In this document: piece after piece, positions 1 through 10,922 of the stretch | How positions within the stretch are numbered: position 1 is the stretch's first letter | How the letters are laid out: each line of letters starts with the position of its first letter | Source of the DNA: Pirellulales bacterium | GTDB taxonomy: Bacteria > Planctomycetota > Planctomycetia > Pirellulales > UBA1268 | Length of the DNA stretch: 64,000 nt | Assembly: GCA_017853835.1 (NCBI GenBank) | Contig: JAFMIU010000011.1 | Location: forward strand, 542-64,541 | Direction of reading: 5' to 3' | The notes under the pieces: generated by a model | The model's database searches: none | What the model saw: only the letters and a program-made list of their open reading frames with translations | What the model was told of the DNA's origin: nothing | Program-made: the position numbers and the translations under genes

Positions 1-22
1 GGTGTCGCGTCCCTCGTCGCGA

Positions 23-1240
23 TCATGCGCCGCGCGATGAACCGCACTGAGACGTGGCCCACGTGTGCAGCATGGCAACCTGCCGCGCGAAGTCTTGATC
101 GTCCACGCCGATCGGGCTTTTGAAGAAGCACGCGAGCCACGGAAGCACACCCCGCTCGCCTCCTCGATGGGCACGCTCCGCAAGCCTGACGAGGTCGAGA
201 ACGAGGGGCGCCGCCAGGATCGAATCGCACCCCTGCCACGTGAACTGCAGGGTCATCGGCGTTCCGAGAAAACCGCGGAAATGAACGTGATCCCAGGCGG
301 TTTTCCAGTCGCCGAGGCTCTTGATGTATTCGATCGAAACATGGGTCTGCGGCGGGTAGCCGAGGATGGAGGCGAGCAGGTGGTCCTTGCTCCGAACCTT
401 GGCTGCCTTGTTGCGGGGGTCGTCGAGCACCTTCCCGTCCATGTTGCCGAAGATGTTGTGGCCAACCCAGCTCATCACCTCGAGATTGCGGGCGGCGAAC
501 ATCGGGGCGAGCACGCTCTTGAGGAGCGTTTCGCCCGTCTTGCCGTCGCAGCCGGCCTGGACGATGCCCCGTTCGACGGCCAGCTGCTGGAGGCAGGCTG
601 GGGTGCCTCCCATGGACGGCGTGAAGTTCACGAAGCTGGCCCCGGCCCGGGCAGCCGCCACGAAGTAGAGGCTGCTGGCCGGCAGGGGACAGCGGGAAGC
701 ATCGTCGAGCGTCGGTTCGACCTCCGCGAAATCAACGGGGATCGGCAGCGACGGCGGCGGCTCGGTGGAGGAGACATTCACCACCACCACATGCCGCACC
801 CGCTCAGCCGTCGCGAACTCTTCGATATCGCGTTGGATCCGCTCGATGGCCTGCCGAGGCGTCTCCACCACGGCGGCCGCGTCGCCATCGGCCAGTGATC
901 GGATGCGTTCCCCGGAAGCGACGAGCGTGCCCGGCCGAATCCGCGGCTCGACTTCGGCAAAGAACTCGGAGGCCGCCGCGAGGAGCTCCGGCGGGATCGC
1001 CCGGCTCTCGCTCCACATCCTTCTGGCCTCGTCACCCAGCCGACCGCCGCGAATGTCGTGACCACCCACCACGAGTTCGTCGAAGCCGACGAGGTCGAGC
1101 GCGGTGAATGGCTCGCACTCCGTGACGAGCCCGACCGGCGGGATCGCCCCATGCCGGAGCGACGCCAGTCCGGTGAGCATGGTGGTGGCAACGCCACCCT
1201 TGGCACCGATCAACCACACTCCAACGCGGTTGTCGGCCAT
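23..1240 (-). CDS. ino1: myo-inositol-1-phosphate (inositol-3-phosphate) synthase
   Basis: 405-aa ORF. The N-terminal nucleotide-binding segment VWLIGAKGGVATT and the block NIFGNMDGKVLDDPRNKAAKVRSKD are typical of the short archaeal/bacterial MIPS family. Recognised from memory. Confidence 0.8.
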   Translation of the reverse strand: MADNRVGVWLIGAKGGVATTMLTGLASLRHGAIPPVGLVTECEPFTALDLVGFDELVVGGHDIRGGRLGDEARRMWSESRAIPPELLAAASEFFAEVEPRIRPGTLVASGERIRSLADGDAAAVVETPRQAIERIQRDIEEFATAERVRHVVVVNVSSTEPPPSLPIPVDFAEVEPTLDDASRCPLPASSLYFVAAARAGASFVNFTPSMGGTPACLQQLAVERGIVQAGCDGKTGETLLKSVLAPMFAARNLEVMSWVGHNIFGNMDGKVLDDPRNKAAKVRSKDHLLASILGYPPQTHVSIEYIKSLGDWKTAWDHVHFRGFLGTPMTLQFTWQGCDSILAAPLVLDLVRLAERAHRGGERGVLPWLACFFKSPIGVDDQDFARQVAMLHTWATSQCGSSRGA

Positions 1241-1399
1241 GTTCGAGGGTCCGAAAGGCTGGGCGGCGAGAGGTGGGCAACGGTGGAACGGGTGGTATCA
1301 TTCGTGACCGCCGGCAACGCGTCAAGCGATCCGCCGGCATGCAGAATCGTGTCCAGGGCCGTTCTGCCCCAAGCCCACCGTGGAGTTCATTCCGACCGC

Positions 1400-2602
1400 A
1401 TGGAGTCGAAGAGCCTGCAGACCGCCCGCCGCATGCGGGCCCTCGAACCTTCCGCCACCCTCGCCATGGCCGCCCGTGCCTCGGCGATGGCCGCCTCCGG
1501 CATCGACGTCATCGACCTTTCGGTCGGTGAGCCCGACTTTCCCACGCCGCCCCACATCTGCCAGGCCGGCGACGAGGCGATTCGAACCGGCAAAACCCGC
1601 TACACGCCGGCCGCCGGCATCCCGGCCCTTCGAAAGGCCGTTGCCGACGACTACTCCCGCCGCTCGGGATTGAGCGTCACGCCGGCCCAGGTCGTCGTAT
1701 CCAACGGCGCCAAGCACTCCCTTCACAACGTGTTCACCGCCGTTCTCGACGAAGGGGACGAGGTGATCGTGCCAACCCCCTACTGGGTGAGCTACGCCGA
1801 ACTCATCAAACTCGCCGGCGCCGTGCCGGTGCTCGTGGAAACTCGGATCGACGACAACTTCAAGCTCAGCCCCGAGGCCCTTCGGGCCGCGATCACTCCC
1901 CGCACGCGGATGCTCTTGCTCTGCTCGCCAAGCAATCCCACGGGAGTGGTCTACTCGGCGGCCGAACTCGGAGCCCTCGCCGATGTCGCGATCGAGCACG
2001 ACCTCGCGGTCGTCTCCGATGAGATCTATGACCAGCTGGTGTACGACGGTCGCGAGAGCGTGTCATTTCCAACGCTCCGTCCGGGCCTTGCCGATCGCAC
2101 CGTGGTGGTGGCCGGGGTGAGCAAAACCTACTCGATGACCGGCTGGCGCATCGGATGGACGATCGCTCCGGAACCCCTCTCCAAGGCGATTGGCAACCTG
2201 CAGAGCCAGGAGACGAGCAACCCGTGCAGCATCAGCCAGCACGCTGCCGTGGCGGCGTTGACAGGCCCCCAGGACTGCGTGGCCGAGATGCTCAAGGCCT
2301 TCGAGCGGCGACGCGACCTCGTGGCCGGCCGACTGTCGGCCCTGCCGGGGATTCGCCTGCCCGAGATCGGCGGGGCGTTCTACGCCTTCTTCGACATCCG
2401 CGAGCCGCTTTCCCGAATGAAGGCCGATGGGATCGCAACGAGCATGCAGTGGTGCGAAGCGCTCCTCGAACGGCACCACGTGGCGCTCGTCGCTGGAAGT
2501 GCCTTTGGCGCCGAAGGCCACGTGCGGATGTCGTTTGCGGCCTCCGAGGAGAAGCTGGCCGCCGGCGTGGACCGGATCGCCACATTCCTGGGCGTCGGCT
2601 GA
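1400..2602 (+). CDS. class I PLP-dependent aminotransferase (aspartate aminotransferase-like)
   Basis: Track ORF 1058..2602 trimmed to ATG 1400 (MESKSLQ...), because the upstream part overlaps ino1 and is Arg/Gly-rich. Motifs: DLSVGEPDFPTP, SPSNPTG, and the PLP-lysine box SKTYSMTGWRIGW. Confidence 0.85.
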   Translation: MESKSLQTARRMRALEPSATLAMAARASAMAASGIDVIDLSVGEPDFPTPPHICQAGDEAIRTGKTRYTPAAGIPALRKAVADDYSRRSGLSVTPAQVVVSNGAKHSLHNVFTAVLDEGDEVIVPTPYWVSYAELIKLAGAVPVLVETRIDDNFKLSPEALRAAITPRTRMLLLCSPSNPTGVVYSAAELGALADVAIEHDLAVVSDEIYDQLVYDGRESVSFPTLRPGLADRTVVVAGVSKTYSMTGWRIGWTIAPEPLSKAIGNLQSQETSNPCSISQHAAVAALTGPQDCVAEMLKAFERRRDLVAGRLSALPGIRLPEIGGAFYAFFDIREPLSRMKADGIATSMQWCEALLERHHVALVAGSAFGAEGHVRMSFAASEEKLAAGVDRIATFLGVG

Positions 2603-2617
2603 GTCGCCGGCCTATCC

Positions 2618-3847
2618 ATGCCACCGCTCCGCCCGGTCGCTGTCGATCCGATGATCTATCTCGATCATGCGGCGGCGACGCCGCTCGACCCTTCCGTCGA
2701 GGAGGCGATGCGGAAGGTGGCTCAGGAGTCGTTTGCCAATCCATCGAGCCCCCATGCCGCCGGCCGTCGCGCCAGGGCGGTTCTCGAGGAGGCACGCGAG
2801 CGGATCCTGACGGCCCTGGGAGGCCGCGGCAGCGGCCACGATCGCGATCGGCTGGTGTTCACAAGCGGCGCAACGGAGGCCAACTGGCTCGGGGTGCTCG
2901 GCACCGCCGGAGTCCGACCTGGAATCGTCGCCTGCTCACCCCGCGACCACACGAGCCTTCTCGAAGCGGTGGGCCGCCTCGAACGCCATGGCTGGCGGGC
3001 CGTGCGGGTTCCCCTCGATGGCAACGGCCAGGCCGCTCCCGGAATCACCGAACTCGGCGGCTCGGTGATCGCGGCAGACAGCGACACCATCATCATGGCC
3101 ACCCTCACCGCCACGTGCGGGCAGACGGGCCTCCGGGAATCCCTTCCGCTGCTGGCATCGGTGTCGGGAAATCCTCGATGGCGGCTGCACGTCGATGCCA
3201 CACAGGCCATGGCGTGGGAGACCATGGCGTTGGTCGATCTTCCAGCCACGTCGCTCGCCTTTGCCCCACACAAGTTCGGGGGGCCGCGCGGAATTGGCGC
3301 AGTCGTGGTGCGGGGAGGGGTGGCGGTCGCTCCGGTGATGCCAGGGCCTCAAGAACTCGGCCTTCGGGGAGGGACCGAGGGGGTGGCGCTGGCCGTGGGA
3401 TTTGCGGAGGCCCTGGATCGGGCGATCGCCAGGCGTTCCACCGCGGTGGCGCAGGCCCGCCGTCTTCGTGATCTCTGGGAGCGGGGAATCATCGCTGCGG
3501 CAGCCGAGCACGGCCTCGAGCTCCATGTGGTGGGCGGTCACTCCGATCGCTCGCCCCACATCTCGGTGTTTGCCGCGCGAGGGATCGATCGACAGGCCTT
3601 GGTGATGGCGGCCGATTTGGAGGGCATCTGCCTCGGCACGGGCACGGCTTGCGCCAGTGGATCGAGCGAACCATCACCTGCGATCGTCTCGCTCGGCCTT
3701 CCGGAGTGGGTCGCCGACTCGGCCGTGCGGGCCAGCCTCGCCACCACCACGACCGATCAGGACGTCCTGGGCGCGATTGGCACCATGAGTCGTCTCTTTC
3801 AGCGGTTCGCCGGCGGCGGTCTTCTCCGCGCGACCTCTGAGCGGTAG
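2618..3847 (+). CDS. cysteine desulfurase family protein (NifS/IscS-like, class V aminotransferase)
   Basis: N-terminus IYLDHAAATPL, PLP-lysine box APHKFGGPRGIG, and active-site Cys loop GTGTACASGSSEPSPAI. The start could instead be the internal ATG at 2651. Confidence 0.8.
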   Translation: MPPLRPVAVDPMIYLDHAAATPLDPSVEEAMRKVAQESFANPSSPHAAGRRARAVLEEARERILTALGGRGSGHDRDRLVFTSGATEANWLGVLGTAGVRPGIVACSPRDHTSLLEAVGRLERHGWRAVRVPLDGNGQAAPGITELGGSVIAADSDTIIMATLTATCGQTGLRESLPLLASVSGNPRWRLHVDATQAMAWETMALVDLPATSLAFAPHKFGGPRGIGAVVVRGGVAVAPVMPGPQELGLRGGTEGVALAVGFAEALDRAIARRSTAVAQARRLRDLWERGIIAAAAEHGLELHVVGGHSDRSPHISVFAARGIDRQALVMAADLEGICLGTGTACASGSSEPSPAIVSLGLPEWVADSAVRASLATTTTDQDVLGAIGTMSRLFQRFAGGGLLRATSER

Positions 3848-3864
3848 CCTGCCAGGCGTGAAGC

Positions 3865-4779
3865 GTGACGGCATGGATGCCGCGGGGACTGACCGTTTCC
3901 GGGGACTGGCTTTCAAGGCCTCACATGGCGATGCCCGCTGCCAACAAAACGTCTGCCCACGACGTCTCGAACGGTCGAGTCCCATCGTGGGCGGCGCTCC
4001 TTCGCACGGCGATCGAGGGATGGTGCGCTCCGAACCGGAGCGGCACGATCGGGCCGGGAGTCCCTCTGGTTTTGCTCGCCAGAACGGACATCAGCCCGCT
4101 GCTTGACGATCTCGGCCGGTTCGTCGTGGAGTCCCGACGGGGCGGTGTCATTCGGCTGGATGCCGCCCAGATCGCCGGCGACACCCCAGCGTCTTGCGGA
4201 CGACGCGTCCCGATTCCGTCGTTTTCAGCAGACAGTTTCATCATCCTGTCGGGCGCGGCCGGCTCCGGCGTCCGGCAGCAGGAGGCCTTGGCGACGGTGT
4301 TCGATCGCGCGACGGCGGCGGGAGCCACGCTCTGCATGGCGCTCACTGGGACGGCCGGCCATGACTCCACCGACCCTCGGCTCGCATCGAGGCTCTCGCA
4401 GGGCCTCGTGATCCGCATTCCTTCGAAAACCGCCGCCCCATCGACCGAGCCGGGACTGTCGGTCTCCCGAATCATCCGCCTGCTGGCTGAGCACAACGGC
4501 ATGACGGTGGAGGAGTTGGTCGGGCCTGGGCGCTCCCGGGCCATCGTCCACGCGCGAAGTCTGGCGATGTATCTCGCCCGACGGCTCACCGGAAGAAGCC
4601 TCGACGCGATCGGAACGTCGTTCGGCGGCCGCGATCACACGACGGTCATGCGCGGCGTCCGAAGCGTCACCTCCCGTGTCGGCGTCGATCATGCCTTCGC
4701 TGGAGAGATCGACCGGCTGATCGAGATGCTCAGTCGTCGCCCAAGCCACCGGCCACGACCTCCTGCGGCGGCGGGCTGA
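3865..4779 (+). CDS. DnaA-like protein with an intact DnaA domain IV (HTH) and degenerate or absent AAA+ motifs
   Basis: Sits directly upstream of dnaN. The C-terminus ...[54 protein letters not shown] matches DnaA domain IV almost motif-for-motif. [16 protein letters not shown] resembles DnaA box VII. No GxxGxGKT P-loop and no hhhhDD Walker B are visible. Length is only about 300 aa. Start is uncertain (GTG 3865, ATG 3877 or ATG 3925). Confidence 0.6.
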   Translation: [304 protein letters not shown]

Positions 4780-5295
4780 GCGATCCCGAAGCATTGTTGA
4801 TTCGATGTTGGTTTTCAGCCGCATGAACGTGCGTCGGAAACCCGACATCGGAACCGACCCTGAATAGGCCGTGGTTTCACCGATTCAGAACGCATGTGTG
4901 TCGCTCGTCGACACCTCATTCCACCGATATCTTGCCTGTCACCAACGAGCAAACGACGCGATCTCGACAGGATATGCACCGTCGCGATGCTTCCCTCAGA
5001 AGCGTTCTCGGAGTTGTTTTTTCGATCGATTCATCTCACCGCTGCACGGAGTACCGCCCCGTCGACCATGACGACGCCACGGCCCCCTGCTGGGCTGTCC
5101 TGCTGAATTCCTCCTCTTCTTTTTCCTAAAACCTCTCTGAGAAGAAGACAGCATGCCCCGATCGCACGATCGGTATTTTCATGGCCAAAAAATCGTTTCC
5201 GGGGCCACCTGAGCCCGGTTCCGAACGGGCGTTTTTCGGGTACAGTAGAGGGCTTCTGGATGCCCTCTTTTTCTGGAACAGAAAGTCCTGTGCCG
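4780..5295. other. candidate replication-origin / regulatory intergenic region between the dnaA-like gene and dnaN
   Basis: At 516 bp it is the largest non-coding gap in the window and looks lower in GC than its flanks by eye. Four same-orientation motifs with a TCACC/CCACC core: 4876-4885 TTTCACCGAT, 4920-4929 TTCCACCGAT, 4937-4946 CTGTCACCAA, 5033-5043 CATCTCACCGC. There is a 20-nt all-pyrimidine run at 5109-5128. No perfect TTATCCACA box. Confidence 0.25.
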
Positions 5296-6408
5296 ATGAA
5301 GATTCGCTGCCCCAAGGAGCCCCTTCTGGCGGCGCTGCAGACTGCAGCCGCCGTGGTTCCCTCGCGATCACCAAAACCCGTTTTGACGAACGTCCGACTC
5401 GAGGCCACCAGGGATTCGGTGGTGCTCTCCGCCACGGATCTCGAAGTGGGCATTCGGATCGAACTCGAGGGCGTGGAAACCGAGGCAGCCGGGGTCGTGC
5501 TCCTTCCGAGCGGCCGCGTCACGGCGATCGTTCGCGAAAGTTCTCCAGGAACCGTATTCGAAATCCACTCCGACGGAACGGCTGCCGTCGTCAAGGCACC
5601 CCGAAGCGAGTTTCGGCTGCCGGCCGAGGATCCTCTCGAGTTTCCTTCGGTCGCCACGTTTCCGTCGGGAGGGTTCTTCGAACTCTCCACTCCGCTCGCT
5701 CGTGAACTGGTCAAGCGGACGGTGTTTGCCACCGACAACGAATCGAGTCGGTACGCCCTCGGCGGCGTGCTCGTCGAACTGACGTCCTCCGGCGTGATCG
5801 CCGTCGGTACCGATGGTCGCAGGCTCGCCAAGATGCAGGGACCGATCGAGGCGAAGGATGGTGGCCATGCCGACGCCACGCCGATCGTGCCCGCTCGGGC
5901 AATGCAACTGATCGATCGGTGCCTCGGGGGCCCCGATCAGGCCGTGCAGCTGGCGGTGCGAGACAACGAGATCCTGGTGCGCACCGCCGGCACGACGATT
6001 TCGTCGCGGCTCGTCGACGGCCGCTTTCCGCGATGGCGCGATGTTTTTCCGGAACGTCCCGATGCGATTCGTGTGCACCTGGTGGCTGGACCGCTTCTGG
6101 CGGCGGTGCGTCAGGCGGCGATCGTGACGAGCGAGCAGTCGAAGGGGGTCGATTTTTCATTCGAACCAGGCCAGCTGGTGCTCACCGGCCGTTCCGCCGA
6201 GAGTGGCGAGAGCCGCATCGAGCTGCCGATCGACCACGCGTCGGGCACTGTGAAGATCAAGCTCGACCCAAGATTCGTGGCTGATTTTCTCCGAGTGCTC
6301 GACCCCGGTTCGGCCGTGGTCGTGGAACTGACCGACCCGCAGAGTGCGTGCGTGTGCTCGACGGACGATGGGTATGGCTACGTCATCATGCCCTTGGCGG
6401 CCGATTGA
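5296..6408 (+). CDS. dnaN: DNA polymerase III beta sliding clamp
   Basis: Trimmed to ATG 5296 (MKIRCPKEPLLAALQTAAAVVPSRSPKPVLTNVRLEA...). Typical DnaN N-terminus, three-domain length (370 aa), and C-terminal YVIMPL-type ending (GYGYVIMPLAAD). Confidence 0.92.
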   Translation: MKIRCPKEPLLAALQTAAAVVPSRSPKPVLTNVRLEATRDSVVLSATDLEVGIRIELEGVETEAAGVVLLPSGRVTAIVRESSPGTVFEIHSDGTAAVVKAPRSEFRLPAEDPLEFPSVATFPSGGFFELSTPLARELVKRTVFATDNESSRYALGGVLVELTSSGVIAVGTDGRRLAKMQGPIEAKDGGHADATPIVPARAMQLIDRCLGGPDQAVQLAVRDNEILVRTAGTTISSRLVDGRFPRWRDVFPERPDAIRVHLVAGPLLAAVRQAAIVTSEQSKGVDFSFEPGQLVLTGRSAESGESRIELPIDHASGTVKIKLDPRFVADFLRVLDPGSAVVVELTDPQSACVCSTDDGYGYVIMPLAAD

Positions 6409-6434
6409 ACGAGACCGCCGTGACCACCACCACC

Positions 6435-6770
6435 ATGAACCAGCGCCGCCCTCAGGCTTCATCGGATCCGCTCGCCATCGGTAGGGTGATGTCGCGGCTC
6501 ATGGCACGGGCCGGATACGATCGGGAGCAAGGGTCGGCGGCGTTGGCGTCCGCGTGGCAGGAGGCTGCTCCGGAATCGGTTCGTGGTTCGTCCCAGCCAG
6601 GCAGCGTTCGACGCGGCGTGCTCGATGTCTTCGTGAGCCATTCCGCCCACGTCCAGGAGCTCGGCTTCCACAAGGCGGCCATCGTGGCGAGGCTCCAGCA
6701 GATCCTGCCCGACAGCCGCATCACCTCCATTCGTTGCCGGCTCCTTCCAGATGCCGGCCGCACCGTCTGA
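6435..6770 (+). CDS. DUF721 domain protein (DciA-like)
   Basis: 111 aa from ATG 6435. It occupies the classic position between dnaN and gyrB. The pattern ...W..A......S.P.S.R.GVL.V.V.S.A..QEL.F.K..I..RL... is typical of DUF721. Confidence 0.65.
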   Translation: MNQRRPQASSDPLAIGRVMSRLMARAGYDREQGSAALASAWQEAAPESVRGSSQPGSVRRGVLDVFVSHSAHVQELGFHKAAIVARLQQILPDSRITSIRCRLLPDAGRTV

Positions 6771-9287
<2,517 letters not shown>

Positions 9288-9346
9288 CCCGACGTCTCAC
9301 CGGCCTCCCGTTTCGCGGCTCCAGTCCCAATGCGTCGTTTCGACGC

Positions 9347-9592
9347 TCAGGCGCCGGGGCGGCGGAAGTGTCGGTATGCCTGCAGCACGTCGTGGAGATC
9401 CGACGAGATGGTGATCTCGTCGTCCGCGAAATCGCTGAGCCACGTACGGTCGCTGGCGACTGCGTCGGCCAGCAGCGGCAGGATGTCGCCGAGCGAGACC
9501 CGAACGCCAGGGTCTCCACACTCCTCAACGGCCGCGAAGTCGCGGACCTTGAGTTCCGGTTCGGTATAGACCCGCAACTGACGGATGGCCAT
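9347..9592 (-). CDS. hypothetical small acidic protein (81 aa)
   Basis: A GAGGGAG Shine-Dalgarno-like sequence lies about 8 nt upstream of the ATG. Third codon positions are GC-rich like the neighbouring genes. No family recognised. Confidence 0.4.
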   Translation of the reverse strand: MAIRQLRVYTEPELKVRDFAAVEECGDPGVRVSLGDILPLLADAVASDRTWLSDFADDEITISSDLHDVLQAYRHFRRPGA

Positions 9593-9798
9593 TGGGCAGT
9601 CTCCCTCGCCGTGGCATCGTGGAAGCGGAAGGCAGGCCGTGGGGCCAGGGCCGTCATCCTGACGGTCACCGCTTCACTCATGTCGGTATCGGCACGTTCA
9701 CGGTCGGGACATGAACGATTCCCTGACCTGGAGGGATTACGAGGGTGACGGCTGCCGAAGCGAGGCAGACGGGGTAAGCCTGGGTGAACGCGTCGAAT

Positions 9799-10764
9799 TT
9801 AGGACCGGCCGGCCGCCTGGTGGCCGGCAACCCTCCCCGCCCGAAACGCCTCGCCCATGCTTTTCGGCACCAGGGCCTCGGCCTGCAGCAGCCGGGCCCG
9901 GTTTTCGGCGGTCGCAGCCTTCATTTCCTGCTCACGGGCGATGGCGACGCTGCGACGCTCCTCCGCCCGGGCGCGGGCGACCCGGGTGTCGGCTTCGGCC
10001 TGGTCGGCCTGCAGTCGGGCGCCGATGTTCTCGCCGATTTCGATGTCGGCGATGTCGATCGAGACGATCTGGAAGGCTGTCTGCGCGTCGAGGCCTCGCT
10101 GGAGCACGGCTTTGGAGATCGTGTCAGGATGTTCCATCACCTCGAAATGGCTTTCCGATGAACCGATCGATGTGATGATTCCCTCACCGACGCGGGCGAT
10201 GATCGTCTCCTCCGTGGCGCCGCCGATGAGCTGCTGGAGATTGGTTCGCACGGTGACCCGGGCGCGGATCTTGAGTTCGACGCCATTCTTCGCGACTGCG
10301 GAGAGTGTCGACTTGCCGCTGGCGGTGTCGGGACAGTCGATGACCTTGGGGTTCACGCTTGTCTGCACGGCGTCGAGGACGTCGCGGCCGGCGAGGTCGA
10401 TCGCGCAGGCGCTGTCGAAGTCGAGGTCGAGGTCGGCCCGCTGCGCAGCGATCAGTGCCCGGATCACGCGGGGCACGTCGCCGCCGGCGAGGTAGTGTGC
10501 CTCCAGACGACGGGAGGTGATGGCGGGGCCAAGTCCCGCCTGAGTGGCCATGATGCGAGCCTGCACGATCGTTCGGGCATTGACCTTCCGCAGGCTCATG
10601 CCGAGGAGTTCCATGAACGTCACACGGGCCTTCGACCAATACGCCTGAAACCAGAGCTGGCCGTAGTTGATCACGAGGAGCAGCATCGTCAGGGCGGCGA
10701 TGCCGATCACGATCGAAAGGCCCACGAGCAGTTCGGAGGGCGGGCCGGCGGGTCGAGGATTCAC
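9799..10764 (-). CDS. floA: flotillin-like protein FloA (UPF0365/YqfA family)
   Basis: Track ORF 9799..11136 trimmed to GTG 10764, which has GGAGAG upstream. The longer form would overlap mnmA. N-terminal TM helix, then [56 protein letters not shown], which is diagnostic of FloA. Confidence 0.85.
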   Translation of the reverse strand: MNPRPAGPPSELLVGLSIVIGIAALTMLLLVINYGQLWFQAYWSKARVTFMELLGMSLRKVNARTIVQARIMATQAGLGPAITSRRLEAHYLAGGDVPRVIRALIAAQRADLDLDFDSACAIDLAGRDVLDAVQTSVNPKVIDCPDTASGKSTLSAVAKNGVELKIRARVTVRTNLQQLIGGATEETIIARVGEGIITSIGSSESHFEVMEHPDTISKAVLQRGLDAQTAFQIVSIDIADIEIGENIGARLQADQAEADTRVARARAEERRSVAIAREQEMKAATAENRARLLQAEALVPKSMGEAFRAGRVAGHQAAGRS

Positions 10765-10922
10765 GGGAACTCTCCAGGTGATGCCGCCTGGCCAAACGGC
10801 CGCGGTGCATGCAGCAAGCCTAGTTCGCGTTGTGGCGTGGGGAAAGCAAGTCGATTGTTCCGAAAAAACCGGCACAATCGCGACCCGCAGGGGCGTTCCT
10901 CGGGCATTCCGGGCGCTCCGCC

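Noticed and set aside
1058-1399. Upstream 114-aa extension of the aminotransferase ORF
   Set aside because: It overlaps the ino1 5' end on the opposite strand and is Gly/Arg/Glu-rich. The conserved aminotransferase N-terminus begins just after ATG 1400.
2155-3471. 438-aa plus-strand ORF spanning the aminotransferase / cysteine desulfurase junction
   Set aside because: It is an out-of-frame overlap with two well-supported genes. The product is about one-third Arg/Gly/Pro. Spurious.
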